From positions 58,094,001 to 58,158,000 of the forward strand of contig OX597830.1 in NCBI GenBank assembly GCA_951406725.2: 64,000 bases of DNA. Direction: 5' to 3'. This document shows, one piece after another, positions 63,223 to 64,000 of this stretch. The position numbers and the translations under genes are program-made. The notes beneath the pieces were generated by a model, which saw only the letters and a program-made list of their open reading frames with translations, ran no database searches and was not told where the DNA came from. The stretch comes from Octopus vulgaris (Eukaryota). Position 1 is the stretch's first letter. Each line of letters begins with the position of its first letter.

Positions 63223-64000
63223 GTAAGTCTGTCTGTTTGTCTTTAAACATTTGAAGCTGTCAGCTGTTGCATATTTTACATCTCTACATGAGATACTTTC
63301 TTTAATTTGTGTTTCCATTAATTAGTTAAGATATTAAAATTTGACATTTAATTATCATTTCTAATATCCAGAACTAGAAATAATTTGCCTGGTTTTTCCA
63401 TTGTTGCTGCTTTGCCCCAAATTAGCTCTGATGAAGTCAAACTAATGGCATGCAAGTAATTGGCTGAATGAGTCAGAGCAATCCATCGATCCATTGTTCC
63501 AGAAATACTATTCCTCAACCTAATTGAGGATTCCACTGTCCACTCCACTACAGAGGCATTCATTGAATGCAGAACGGTCTGGAATTCTGGGCATGCTGCT
63601 AATTATTTTCTTCTTTTTGCTTATGTAATCTGATTCTCCTGCAGGTTCTGATGGTAGCCACAGGTGAAGGGAGCAGGCTCAATCAGAATGATGCAGCTAT
63701 TGTTTGTGTCTTCTGCTTCACAACACAGTATTGGAGGAAGGAGCTGATGAAGTTATTGATGTTGCTGCTGTTGTGATTGTGTGTGTGTGTGTGTGTGTGT
63801 TTAGGGTAAGAGAGAAGAGTGGAGAGGAGACTGAATAGAGAAAAGGAGAGAGAGAGAGAGAGTGAGGAGATCAAAAGACAGTGGTAAAACAGCAAAAGAG
63901 GGAGGGAAAGAAGAGAAAGACAGAAGAGGGAATGAGAGCTAGAGATGGGGGAGGGGGAGACTTGAAGAAATGATACAGGAGGAAGGAGAGAAAGAACAAG

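Overview
AT-rich, microsatellite- and transposon-dense animal genomic DNA. The SINE, RTE and MITE repertoire and the (TA)n/(TATG)n/(AAT)n content point to a coleoid cephalopod, probably Octopus (inference). There is one host gene: an extended synaptotagmin (E-Syt2-like) on the + strand. I assembled 11 GT-AG exons by hand (15079-63222, 1205 nt, phases consistent). They encode the ER membrane hairpin, the SMP domain and most of C2A, and the gene runs off the right edge. The rest is intergenic or intronic repeat: RTE, CR1-type and RLE-type LINE fragments, three tRNA-SINE families, a DD36E Tc1-type element, mariner, Tigger, hAT and piggyBac-type MITEs, Helitron/Helentron-like elements, a probable solo LTR, a 5S rRNA pseudogene, and a 26-bp x ~60 minisatellite grown inside an RTE 3' UTR. 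The most notable finding is a four-copy family of non-coding retroelements combining a tRNA-like Pol III head with a Penelope-type minimal hammerhead ribozyme. Three copies are palindromic, carry 9-14 bp target-site duplications, and in two of them both arms share copy-specific variants. Repeat boundaries are read by eye and are approximate unless a TSD or TIR is quoted.
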